From assembly GCA_040397175.1 (NCBI GenBank), contig JBBAWM010000001.1, positions 249,976-313,975 of the forward strand: a DNA stretch of 64,000 nt, read 5' to 3'. Origin of the DNA: Candidatus Limnocylindrus sp. (GTDB lineage: Bacteria; Chloroflexota; Limnocylindria; Limnocylindrales; Limnocylindraceae). Both the position numbers and the translations under genes were made by a program. The notes beneath the pieces are model-generated. The model was not told where the DNA came from. It searched no databases and saw only the letters and a list, made by a program, of their open reading frames with translations. Shown here one piece after another: positions 31,255 through 40,458 of this stretch. Each line of letters opens with the position of its first letter. Position 1 is the first letter of the stretch.

Positions 31255-33039
31255 ATGCGCATGAGTGAACTCTTCTTTACGACCCTCCGAGAGGATCCCG
31301 CCGACGCGGAGATGCCCTCACACCGACTGCTGCTCCGCGCCGGATACATCCGGCCGTTGGGTGCGGGGATCTACTCGCTCCTCCCGCTCGGCATGCGCAT
31401 CAACATGCGCGTCACCCAGGTCATTCGCGAAGAGATGAACGCGATCGGTGCCCAGGAGATGTTGATGCCGGTCGTGCACCCCGCAGACCTGTGGCGGGAG
31501 ACTGGTCGCTACGACCAGATCGGCCCAGAGATGGGTCGCTTCAACGATCGTGGCGGCCGCGACATGGTGCTGGCAATGACCCACGAGGAGGTAGTGACCG
31601 ACCTGCTGCGTAAGCTGATCAACTCGTGGCGCCAACTTCCCCAGCAGATGTACCACTTCCAGACCAAGTGGCGCGATGAGCCACGGGCGCGCGGCGGGCT
31701 GATCCGCGTGCGCGAGTTCACGATGAAAGATGCGTATAGCGCCGACCGCGACGAGGCGGGCCTTGATCGCTCCTACAAGCTCTACTACCACGCCTACACG
31801 CGCATCTTTGCGCGGCTTGGACTCGAGGCGATCGCCGTGGCCAGCGACGTTGGCATGATGGGCGGTTCGCTCGCCCACGAGTTCATGGCCTTCAGTCCGT
31901 TTGGTGAAGATAGTCTCGTGCTTTGCGATGGCTGCGGCGCCGCGGCAAACCGTCAGGTTGCCGTTGTGAAGCGCGATGCTGGCGCGAGCGCCCCCCAGGA
32001 GCCGCTCAAGGAGATCGCAACGCCTGGCGCGTCAACTATTGATGAACTTGCGACCCAGCTGAAGGTTCCCGCCTCCACGTGCGCGAAGGCGGTCTTCTTC
32101 GCAGATCGCGACGGACGACTAATCGTTGCCATTGTGCGCGGTGACGACGAGGTCGAAGAGACGAAGCTGACGAACGCTATCGGTGCCCGCGACCTACGAC
32201 CCGCTCGCGAGGAAGAGATTCGTGCCGCGGGTATGGAGCCAGGGTACGCGTCGCCTGTTGGCATCAAGGGTGCAACCGTGGTCGTAGATGAGCTCGTTGC
32301 ATCGACCGCCAACATGGTCGCGGGCGCCAATAAGGCCGGCTATCACCTTACGGGCGTGAACGTGGGCCGGGATTACACGCCGACCGCTGTTGCCGATATC
32401 GCCTCCGCAAAGGTGGGGGATGCCTGCCTCGCTTGCGGCGGCACGTTGCGCATTAAGAACGGTATCGAGGTGGGCAATATCTTCAAGCTCGGTACGCGGT
32501 ACACGGGCGCGCTCGGTGCAACATACGCCGACGAGGCGGGGGTCTCGCACCCGATCGTGATGGGCTCGTATGGCATTGGCGTTGGTCGTACGGTCGCCTG
32601 CATCGCAGAGGCGCACCACGACGAGAAGGGGCTCTCTTGGCCGATCTCGATCAGCCCCTTCGACGCGCAGGTTGCGATCGTTGGCGCAAACAAAGATCCG
32701 AAGGTAACCGAGATCGCGCTCGCCCTCGAGGCGGAGGCGGAGGCTGCCGGGATTGAGTTGCTGGTAGATGATCGCAGCGAGACCCCCGGCGTAAAGTTCG
32801 CCGACGCAGAGCTGATCGGGGCCCCATGGATGGTCACCATTTCGCCGCGTTCGCTTGAGGCGGGTGGGGCGGAGGTCACACGTCGTTCAACGGGGGAGCG
32901 GAGCGTTCTCCCGATCGCCCAGGTCCTCGGCGCCATTCGTGCCGCCCAAGCGAGCGACCGTGCCGCGATCGAGGCAGAGCTGCTCAAGCGCGGCTACCCA
33001 CCGCGGCACGCGGCGCGTGATCCGCACCCAGCATCCTGA
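31255..33039 (+). CDS. proS: Proline--tRNA ligase (bacterial type with editing insertion)
   Basis: SHRLLLRAGYI, THEE, RDEPRARGGLIRVREFTMKDAYS, GIEVGNIFKLG and MGSYGIG. Confidence 0.97.
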   Translation: MRMSELFFTTLREDPADAEMPSHRLLLRAGYIRPLGAGIYSLLPLGMRINMRVTQVIREEMNAIGAQEMLMPVVHPADLWRETGRYDQIGPEMGRFNDRGGRDMVLAMTHEEVVTDLLRKLINSWRQLPQQMYHFQTKWRDEPRARGGLIRVREFTMKDAYSADRDEAGLDRSYKLYYHAYTRIFARLGLEAIAVASDVGMMGGSLAHEFMAFSPFGEDSLVLCDGCGAAANRQVAVVKRDAGASAPQEPLKEIATPGASTIDELATQLKVPASTCAKAVFFADRDGRLIVAIVRGDDEVEETKLTNAIGARDLRPAREEEIRAAGMEPGYASPVGIKGATVVVDELVASTANMVAGANKAGYHLTGVNVGRDYTPTAVADIASAKVGDACLACGGTLRIKNGIEVGNIFKLGTRYTGALGATYADEAGVSHPIVMGSYGIGVGRTVACIAEAHHDEKGLSWPISISPFDAQVAIVGANKDPKVTEIALALEAEAEAAGIELLVDDRSETPGVKFADAELIGAPWMVTISPRSLEAGGAEVTRRSTGERSVLPIAQVLGAIRAAQASDRAAIEAELLKRGYPPRHAARDPHPAS

Positions 33040-34253
33040 TGCCCGACATCCTGATCGGTCTCGCAACCGTGCTGATCTCTGCAGGGGTCACCTATCTGGT
33101 CGTTCGCCGATTCACGGCGCAGGATGTTGCAACCGAGGCCGATCGGGCATCGCGTGAGAGCAGCCGAGCAGATGTTGCCTGGGATCGGGCCGATCGTCGC
33201 TCTGAACGCCTGAACGCCCTGCTCGAGGCGACTGACGATGCGATCCTACGTGTCGGTTCCGATTTGGTGATTCGCGCCGCGAGTCCGGTCACCGGCGAGA
33301 TTCTGGCGCGCGGCGACGTGCAGTTTCGCGGCATGCCGCTGATCGAGGCAACTGTCGACTTCCGACTTGAGGAGTTGGCGCGTAGTGCGATTGGCGGCCA
33401 GGTGCAGCGGGGAACGATTGATCTCCGCGACGGTCGTCTAGGACACTCTGACGAGGCGCGCCACGTCTCGGTGGTGGCGGCACCCGACGGCGATGGCGGA
33501 GCGTGGCTGGTCTTGCGCGACCTTACGGAGGTTCGTCGACTGCGTCAGATCCGCACCGAATTCGTCGACAACCTCTCACATGAACTGCGCACCCCGTTGG
33601 CAACGATTCGGCTCCTTGCGGAGACCATCGGTAGCGCCGCTGGGAAGGGTGATACCGCTGGGATCGCCAGCCGCAGTGCCCAAATCGAAGTCGAGGTCCT
33701 CCATTTGGTGCAGATGGCGGATGAGATGCTCGACCTAGCCACGCTTGAGGCGGGTGAGATCCCACTCCGCATGGCCGATTTCGACCTCGTCGCCCTGGGC
33801 CAAGAGGTCGCGCAGCGGTTCGCCCCTGTTGCGGCGCAACACGGCGGGGGGATTGATGTCGTCGGAACAGGCCCGCTCCTCATCTCAGGCGACCGAGATC
33901 GCCTCCGCCAGGCTGTGGCAAACCTTGTCCATAACGCCGTGAAGTACAGCCGTTCGGGTGGACGGGTAGAGCTCCATATTCAGCGACTTAGCGATGGCGG
34001 TTCGCAGATTGCCGTGGTCGATCATGGCATTGGCATTGACCGAGCCCACCTATCGCGCATCTTCGAGCGCTTCTTCACCGTCGAGCGAGTTGATGGCGGT
34101 GCAGGTGCTGTCGGTGGTGGAGGGACTGGGCTCGGCCTCGCGATCGCCCGACACGCCGTGCTTCGTCATGGTGGTGAGATCAGTGTGGACTCAACCGCTG
34201 GCGTTGGGACGACCTTCACGATTACCCTCCCCGCCGCAGGGGTCGCCTCCTGA
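33039..34253 (+). CDS. Sensor histidine kinase (PhoR/SenX3-like)
   Basis: One N-terminal TM, PAS-like region, EFVDNLSHELRTPL, NLVHNAVKYS, DHGIGI and GTGLGLAI. Confidence 0.92.
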   Translation: MPDILIGLATVLISAGVTYLVVRRFTAQDVATEADRASRESSRADVAWDRADRRSERLNALLEATDDAILRVGSDLVIRAASPVTGEILARGDVQFRGMPLIEATVDFRLEELARSAIGGQVQRGTIDLRDGRLGHSDEARHVSVVAAPDGDGGAWLVLRDLTEVRRLRQIRTEFVDNLSHELRTPLATIRLLAETIGSAAGKGDTAGIASRSAQIEVEVLHLVQMADEMLDLATLEAGEIPLRMADFDLVALGQEVAQRFAPVAAQHGGGIDVVGTGPLLISGDRDRLRQAVANLVHNAVKYSRSGGRVELHIQRLSDGGSQIAVVDHGIGIDRAHLSRIFERFFTVERVDGGAGAVGGGGTGLGLAIARHAVLRHGGEISVDSTAGVGTTFTITLPAAGVAS

Positions 34254-34963
34254 GTCATCGCCCAAGCCCGATCGGCCGCGCGCGCGAGGCGCTCCAACGC
34301 CCACTCCTCCTCGCACATCGCGGGGCACACAGCGAGTCGATCCGTGAGAACAGCCTGGCCGCCCTGGTTGCGGGTGCTACGTCGTGCGACGGCGTGGAGT
34401 TTGATGTGCGCTGTAGCAGCGACGGGGTAGCAGTGATCATTCACGATGAGCGGCTCGATCGACTGTTCGGCGTTCCGCGGCGTGTCGGCGAGCTCTCGGC
34501 GGCCGATCTCGAGGAGATCGGAGTCCCCTCCCTCGCCGCCGCGCTTGCTGCCATGCCAGTCACCACGCTGATTGACCTCGAACTAAAGGAGCAGCCCACC
34601 GACGAGTTCTTTGCCGCACTGATCGCCGCTCGCGGACCAGATGCTGAGGGGGTGGTCGTTTCCAGTTTCACCCCCGCCGTACTCCGAACTGTGGAGGCGC
34701 GGGCGCCCCAATGGCCGCGCTGGCTTAACGCTGAAACCGTCACTGAGGCAGAGAGGGTGGCTGAGGCTGGTTGCGTGGGTCTCTCGGTCACGATTGACCT
34801 TTTGAGCGACGCGAACCTCAACCGCTGGCGCGAAGCGGGCCTCGAGGTTGCGGCGTGGACGGTGCGGAACGCACAGGGCTCCACGTGGGCCGCTGATGCG
34901 CGCCTTGCTGCACTCTGTGTCGAGGGGGAAGGGATTACCGCCGCTCGCGCGGCGACGCGCTAG
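34250..34963 (+). CDS. Glycerophosphodiester phosphodiesterase (GDPD family)
   Basis: Reading in frame upstream of the ORF-track start gives LLAHRG...ENS...DGVEFDVR, followed by IIHD, ELK, SSF and WTV. A start at CTG 34250 is inferred. Confidence 0.82.
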   Translation: MSHRPSPIGRAREALQRPLLLAHRGAHSESIRENSLAALVAGATSCDGVEFDVRCSSDGVAVIIHDERLDRLFGVPRRVGELSAADLEEIGVPSLAAALAAMPVTTLIDLELKEQPTDEFFAALIAARGPDAEGVVVSSFTPAVLRTVEARAPQWPRWLNAETVTEAERVAEAGCVGLSVTIDLLSDANLNRWREAGLEVAAWTVRNAQGSTWAADARLAALCVEGEGITAARAATR

Positions 34964-35484
34964 CGCTCGCTCTTTGGGGCGCGTAGGAGCGCGGGTGGAA
35001 CGAGCGCCACAATTCGACCGCTCCCTGGGGTGTATGGCGCAGAGATATCAATGCGGATCATTGACCCCTTCTCCACGGGAATGGTCGCCAGGCCAGTGAG
35101 CTCCGAGATCAGCGTTCCAAGGTGGGGCTGATGTCCGACGATGAGGAGGGCCTCCTGGCCGCGTCGGGCGAGCAACTTGGCGATGTGCGCGGCGGTCGGG
35201 CCATCAGCGAGATGCTCGTCGATGGTTGCAGTTGTCTCCAACGCGGCGGCGATCACGGCGCAGGTTTCCGTGCAGCGGCGCGCCGGCGAGGTACGGATCG
35301 AACCAACGTTGGTACCAGCGGCAACGAGTGCCGCTGCAAGTCGGGCGGCCTGCTTTACCCCCTTTGAACTAAGTGGCCGCTCCGCATCGGGACCGATCCA
35401 TTCGGCTGGATCACCAGCGTCGGCATGGCGAACAATGTAGAGGCGCTTCTGGTCGCTGGTTGAGGTTGCGCTGTCGGGACTCAA
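34960..35484 (-). CDS. sixA: SixA-like histidine phosphatase
   Basis: IVRHADA, RPLSSKG, TSPARRCTET and LIVGHQP. The TTG start overlaps the phoU stop. Confidence 0.85.
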   Translation of the reverse strand: MSPDSATSTSDQKRLYIVRHADAGDPAEWIGPDAERPLSSKGVKQAARLAAALVAAGTNVGSIRTSPARRCTETCAVIAAALETTATIDEHLADGPTAAHIAKLLARRGQEALLIVGHQPHLGTLISELTGLATIPVEKGSMIRIDISAPYTPGSGRIVALVPPALLRAPKSER

Positions 35485-36230
35485 GGATTGAGATCCTCAA
35501 CCTCTCCAGAGGCAAGGTAGACGATGTCCTCGGCAATATTGGTCGTGCGGTCGCCAATTCGCTCGAGGTAGTGCGCGGCGAAGAGGAGGCGGGTTCCGCG
35601 AGCAACGTTCGACTGGTCGGCCTCCATCAAACGGATGCACTCATCGAACGATTGCCGATAGAGGGCGTCGATCTGGTCGTCGCTGACAGCGACCTCCCGG
35701 GCGCGGACTGGGTCAACGTCAACGAGCGCCATCAGGATCCCGTGGAGCTGCGTGGCCGCCAACTCGCCGATTTCGGGGAGATGGAGGTAGCGTTGCAGCG
35801 CAGGCTCTGGGGCGAGTGCGACGGCGATCTTCGCCACCGATGCAGCATGGTCGCCAATGCGCTCCAGCTCATAGACGACGTGGTTCATCATCAAGAGATT
35901 GCGCAGGTCTCGGGCCACTGGGCTCTGCGTTGCAATGGTGGTGGTGATTGCCGTGATGACCTCGTGCTGCATGTCATTGATCTTTCGGTCACCAATGATC
36001 ACTCCCGTGGCCTTCTCGGCGTTGTGGGTGACGAGCGCATCGAGGGCGTCGCGGATCGCCGCCTCCGCCATGCTCCCCATGCGGATCACGGTCTCCTTGA
36101 TAATGCGCAGCTCGCGGTCGAGCGGCTCTCGGGCACCTTGCGGCGCCGCGGTGGCCCCGTCGGAAGCGGTGCGCGCGAGAATCTCCTGGATCTCGTTCTC
36201 GACTCGACCCTGCTCGTCTCCTGGTCCCAT
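35481..36230 (-). CDS. phoU: Phosphate signalling protein PhoU
   Basis: QSPVARDLR and twin LERIGD motifs. Start set at ATG 36230 after SD GGAGG. Confidence 0.93.
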   Translation of the reverse strand: MGPGDEQGRVENEIQEILARTASDGATAAPQGAREPLDRELRIIKETVIRMGSMAEAAIRDALDALVTHNAEKATGVIIGDRKINDMQHEVITAITTTIATQSPVARDLRNLLMMNHVVYELERIGDHAASVAKIAVALAPEPALQRYLHLPEIGELAATQLHGILMALVDVDPVRAREVAVSDDQIDALYRQSFDECIRLMEADQSNVARGTRLLFAAHYLERIGDRTTNIAEDIVYLASGEVEDLNP

Positions 36231-36320
36231 TACCCCTCCGCGCTGATCGTTGAGTTGGTTCACATCCTACCGCCCCAGCCCCGCCAAGAGCGAATCTCCG
36301 TTCACGGGTAGGATGCGCAA

Positions 36321-37391
36321 ATGGTGGCCGGTCGTCGTTCACGGGGTGTTCACGCGGTAGCACCGCGCTCAGCCGGCACCCCCCGAACCCCACGATCCCC
36401 TTCGCCCCGTCGCGGTCGGGTCGGGAGTTCCCAGGCTGGGATCCCACGGGTCTGTGCCGTGGTCGATATCGGCTCCAACTCCACCCACCTCTATGTTGCA
36501 GTCTCCGATGGGGTGCGCCAAGAGGTCATCGCCGATGAGTCGATGCCGATTGAGCTCGGTCGCCTGGTCGAACAAGATCGAATGATCGGGCGCAAGGCCA
36601 CGACGGCGATCAGTGACGCGCTCGCGGCGTTTCGTGCGCGCGCCAGTACCCTCGGCGCCGATGAACTATTTGTCGTCGCCACGGAGCCATTCCGGCGGGC
36701 CCGTGATCAGGAGAGTGTGCTTCGCACCCTGCGCGGACCGAAGGTCGGTGCACCGATTGTGTTGACCCATGAGGAGGAGGGGCTCCTCACCGTCCTTGGC
36801 CTGCACCACGGGCACGACCACTCGGTGCCGCAGCTCGTCGTCGACATTGGTGGTGGCTCGACTGAAGCGGTTGAACTTCATCCTGATGAACTACCGCGTG
36901 CAATCGGTGTATCCATTGGCTCCGCACGGCTCTTGGCGCGCGTCTCGTACCAAGACCCACCGCGTCCGCGAGAGTGGCAGGAGCTCCGTCGACACGCCCA
37001 GATCGCGCTGGCCGACCTTACCGTTGCCGACGTTCACCAGCTGATCTTGGTGGGCGGAACGGCAACAAGACTCCTCAAACTCGTTCCAGCGACGCTGATC
37101 AGTCGCACAATTCATCGCGAAGATCTTGCAGCCATGGGGGAGCGCCTGGCGGCGCTCACGGCAAAGGAGGTGGCGGAACGCTTCGCAATTTCACAGCGCC
37201 GCGCTCGACTCCTGCCAGCGGGCATTGCCATCGTGGAGGCGCTCCTGCAGCGAACGACGGCGCGCGAGGTCACCGTTGATCGCGGGGGAATTCGTGAAGG
37301 TCTCGTCGTCGCCGTAGCGCGAGCGGGCAATGGGTGGCGCGAGGCCCTGCCAACCCTCGTCATGGAGACCCGTGCAGGCTCCCCGCGCTAG
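36321..37391 (+). CDS. ppx: Ppx/GppA-family exopolyphosphatase (short form)
   Basis: VVDIGSNS, VATEPFR, EEEG, VDIGGGSTE and GIREG. TAGGAT lies at 36309-36314, 6 nt before the ATG. Confidence 0.87.
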   Translation: MVAGRRSRGVHAVAPRSAGTPRTPRSPSPRRGRVGSSQAGIPRVCAVVDIGSNSTHLYVAVSDGVRQEVIADESMPIELGRLVEQDRMIGRKATTAISDALAAFRARASTLGADELFVVATEPFRRARDQESVLRTLRGPKVGAPIVLTHEEEGLLTVLGLHHGHDHSVPQLVVDIGGGSTEAVELHPDELPRAIGVSIGSARLLARVSYQDPPRPREWQELRRHAQIALADLTVADVHQLILVGGTATRLLKLVPATLISRTIHREDLAAMGERLAALTAKEVAERFAISQRRARLLPAGIAIVEALLQRTTAREVTVDRGGIREGLVVAVARAGNGWREALPTLVMETRAGSPR

Positions 37392-38017
37392 ATCGTTATC
37401 GAGAGCAGCCGCGCCGCGCGATCAACCTTCGCTTCGCCGCCAACCGTAACCCCTGGTTGCGCAGCGAGCCATGTCGCGAGTTCGCTCGCGGCGCGATCAC
37501 GAGCCTCGGGTCGAACGGTAGCGAGAAACTCGATCTCGAGCTCCGTCCAGCGCCGTTCTCCCTCCGCAGTTGGTGTGAGCGCACGAACGTCGTCGATGCT
37601 GAGCTGTGCAATCTCGCCGTCGATGTTTGAGAGTGCTATCGGCTGGCGCTCCTGGCGAAGTGTGAGATACGGCTGTACGCGTTCGAGCACGGAGGCCACG
37701 TCAACTCCATGCTGCGCGAGCGCGGTCACAATCTCAACGGGGAGCTCCTCGCCCCGTTCTGGCGTGCGCTCAATCTCGATCCGTTCACTCAGCGGGCCCG
37801 ACGTGCCCGCCGTTCGCTCGGACTTGAGCGTGTAGCGCAGGGCTACCCCATCGGATCGACGGCGTCGTAGTCGCCAGCCAGCGGCGAGAATCTGGCCACG
37901 ATAGTCCAGGTACTCGTCAAGAAGGTGGAGGGTTGGCTGCGCTTGGGCCGCGTGATAGCCGTTGGGGAGTGTTGGGATGCGTGGCTGGTCGAGGAGAAAT
38001 TTCAACTCGCGCTCCAT
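37388..38017 (-). CDS. CYTH-domain (triphosphate tunnel) protein
   Basis: N-terminal MERELKF (ExExK), YLD...LRRR, TLK, ERIEIE, SIDDV and ELEIE. Confidence 0.8.
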   Translation of the reverse strand: MERELKFLLDQPRIPTLPNGYHAAQAQPTLHLLDEYLDYRGQILAAGWRLRRRRSDGVALRYTLKSERTAGTSGPLSERIEIERTPERGEELPVEIVTALAQHGVDVASVLERVQPYLTLRQERQPIALSNIDGEIAQLSIDDVRALTPTAEGERRWTELEIEFLATVRPEARDRAASELATWLAAQPGVTVGGEAKVDRAARLLSITI

Positions 38018-38024
38018 GGCGAGA

Positions 38025-40064
38025 TTATGCCCGAGAGGCGGTAATTGCCACCTGGCGCAAGGTTTCGAACGAAGAGTTGCCGGTATCGGTGAGCCGCTCC
38101 CAGGCTCCATCTGGCTGTAGCGCCCAGGCATTCGAGGTATCGGCGAGCAGCGCGTCAAGGATCTCTTCGGCCCTGCGTCGCACCTCGCTCTCTTCGAGCG
38201 GGAAGAGCACCTCGACGCGACGGTCGAGGTTGCGCTCCATGAGGTCAGCGCTCCCTGCAAAAATCTCCACCCCACCGGGGCCAGCGAAGCGATAGATGCG
38301 GCTGTGTTCAAGGTAGTCGCCAATGATGGAGCGAATGCGAAGGCGAGCCCCATGGCGTGCCGGGTTTGGCAGTAAGCCGCACATGCCACGCACGATCAGG
38401 TCAACCGATACTCCCGCCTCGGCGGCACGGTCAAGTGCGCGAATCATCTCGGGATCAATCAGCGCGTTTACCTTGATCGTGATCGAGGTTGTATCGCCCG
38501 CTTCTGCCCGCACGGTGAGCTGCTCAATGCGCCCCTTGATCTCGCTCCGAAGGTAGTCTGGGGCCACGAGGATTCGCTGATACGAGGTAGCGCGGGCGGC
38601 GCCAGTGAGGAAGTTGAAGAGTGCACCCACATCGGTGCCAATGACGTCATCTGTGGTGAAGAGGCCAATGTCCGTGTACCCGCGTGCGGTCTTCGGGTTG
38701 TAGTTTCCCGTCGACAGGTGCACGTAGCGGCGAATCGACGACCCCTCGCGCCGAGCGATCAGCGTCGCCTTGCAGTGGGTCTTAAGGCCCATCACGCCGT
38801 ATATCACGTGCGCACCCGCCTCTTCGAGCCGTCGCGCCCACTCGATGTTGGCCGCCTCGTCGAAGCGAGCCTTCAGCTCGACCAGCACGACAACCTCCTT
38901 GCCGGCATGGGCGGCACGGATCAGGTGTGCGGGAATGCTGGAGGTCGCACCTGTGCGATAGAGCGTTGACCTGATGGAGAGGACGTCGGGATCATCTGCC
39001 GCCTGGGCGAAGAGCTGATCAACGCTAGCCTCAAAGCTCTCGTATGGATGGTGCACCAGCAGGTCTCGCTCGGCAATCACTGCAAAGATGTCGCCCTTCT
39101 CAGCGTCGGCCGATTTCCCGGCGGCAATGCGCGCTGGAGTGATCGGTTGCCATCGCGGAGCTCGGAGATCTGGGCGAGGGAGGCTGGCCACGTGGAGCGC
39201 GATCGAGAGGTCCAGGATCCCCTCGACCACCTGGACCTCACCCCCGGTGATCTCAAGTCCGGCGAGGAGCACCTCAAGCAACGCGTTCGGCATCTCAGTG
39301 TCGACCTCTAGGCGCACCACGCTGCCGAACCGACGCTGACGCAGCCCCTCCTCAATCGCTTCAAGGAGGTCGTCGGCCTCCTCCTCCACGGTGTCCAGGT
39401 CGGCGTCACGCGTCACTCGAAAGAGATGCGCGTCAAGGATCTCGGTCCCGGGAAACAAGAGATCCAGGTGGGCCACGATGAGCTCTTCCATCAAGATCCA
39501 GTCACCGTTCCCAAACTGCACGATGCGTCCAAGGATGGTTGGTACCTTGACGCGCGCGAGCGAACTCTCCTGATCACCGTCCCTGCGAAGCCGAATGGCG
39601 AGTGAGAGGCTGAGCGAGCTGATCAGTGGAAACGGGTGGCCTGGATCAACGGCAAGTGGCGTGAGCACCGGAAAGATCTCCCGCGTGAACCGCTCCGTCA
39701 GGAGTGACTGCTCGGCGGCATCGAGGTCAGCCCACCTGCGAAGTGGCAACCCTGCGCTGCGCAGCTCTTCGACGAGGGTGCCCCAACTTTCTTGTGCCGA
39801 TTCCGTGAAGAGGCTGGTCGCCTCTCGAATTAGTGCGAGCTGGAGGTCGGGTGTTCGCCCGTCGGGTCCAGGTGTGCGAACGCCGGCGAGATGCTGATCT
39901 TGAATGCCTGCAACGCGCACACCGTAGAACTCGTCGATGTTGGAAGCGACAATGCCAAGGAAGCGGAAGCGATCGAGGAGCGGGCGCTTGCTGTTTGATG
40001 CTTCCGCGAGCACTCGGGCATTGAAGGCGAGGAGGGAAAGCTCGCGACTGACACCGAAGGTCAT
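38025..40064 (-). CDS. ppk1: Polyphosphate kinase 1
   Basis: RELSLLAFNARVL, DPGHPFP, HHPYESF, ELKARFDE, KTHCK, TGNYN, LEHSR and SADLMERNL. Confidence 0.96.
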   Translation of the reverse strand: MTFGVSRELSLLAFNARVLAEASNSKRPLLDRFRFLGIVASNIDEFYGVRVAGIQDQHLAGVRTPGPDGRTPDLQLALIREATSLFTESAQESWGTLVEELRSAGLPLRRWADLDAAEQSLLTERFTREIFPVLTPLAVDPGHPFPLISSLSLSLAIRLRRDGDQESSLARVKVPTILGRIVQFGNGDWILMEELIVAHLDLLFPGTEILDAHLFRVTRDADLDTVEEEADDLLEAIEEGLRQRRFGSVVRLEVDTEMPNALLEVLLAGLEITGGEVQVVEGILDLSIALHVASLPRPDLRAPRWQPITPARIAAGKSADAEKGDIFAVIAERDLLVHHPYESFEASVDQLFAQAADDPDVLSIRSTLYRTGATSSIPAHLIRAAHAGKEVVVLVELKARFDEAANIEWARRLEEAGAHVIYGVMGLKTHCKATLIARREGSSIRRYVHLSTGNYNPKTARGYTDIGLFTTDDVIGTDVGALFNFLTGAARATSYQRILVAPDYLRSEIKGRIEQLTVRAEAGDTTSITIKVNALIDPEMIRALDRAAEAGVSVDLIVRGMCGLLPNPARHGARLRIRSIIGDYLEHSRIYRFAGPGGVEIFAGSADLMERNLDRRVEVLFPLEESEVRRRAEEILDALLADTSNAWALQPDGAWERLTDTGNSSFETLRQVAITASRA

Positions 40065-40402
40065 CGCGGAGCACCCATGCACGTGGCGCACGCGCAGCGC
40101 TGGCGCAGCAGCGACCAGGTGTAGTACCCAGTGCGATGGCCGTCGCCCCAGAAGAGGCAGAGAGCATAACTGCCAACCATTTCGCCCCCCTCAAGCTTGG
40201 TTTGGCTTGGGCTGAGGGTTGGATTCGCATCGAGCCACCCTGGAAGGCCAGCCTCACCGCGGCAATAGGCGCAGGGGCAGAGCCATCGCAGCGGGATCGC
40301 CTCGTAGGCGCTCACATGGCCGTCGCGCCAATCCAGCTCCAGGCGCTGCTGCTCTCGCAGGATACGAATTGCGACGGGGGCTCCCTGTGCTGACTCTTGC
40401 AT
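40061..40402 (-). CDS. DUF971 / GBBH-N-like small Cys/His protein
   Basis: W.DGH.S.Y, LRWLCPCAYC, VGSYAL and WGDGHRTGYYTW. TAGAAT lies at 40414-40409. Confidence 0.8.
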   Translation of the reverse strand: MQESAQGAPVAIRILREQQRLELDWRDGHVSAYEAIPLRWLCPCAYCRGEAGLPGWLDANPTLSPSQTKLEGGEMVGSYALCLFWGDGHRTGYYTWSLLRQRCACATCMGAPR

Positions 40403-40458
40403 GGGGGGATTCTAGGGTTCGTAGGTAAACGCCAGTTAAGCGCGCACAACCAGGCGCC

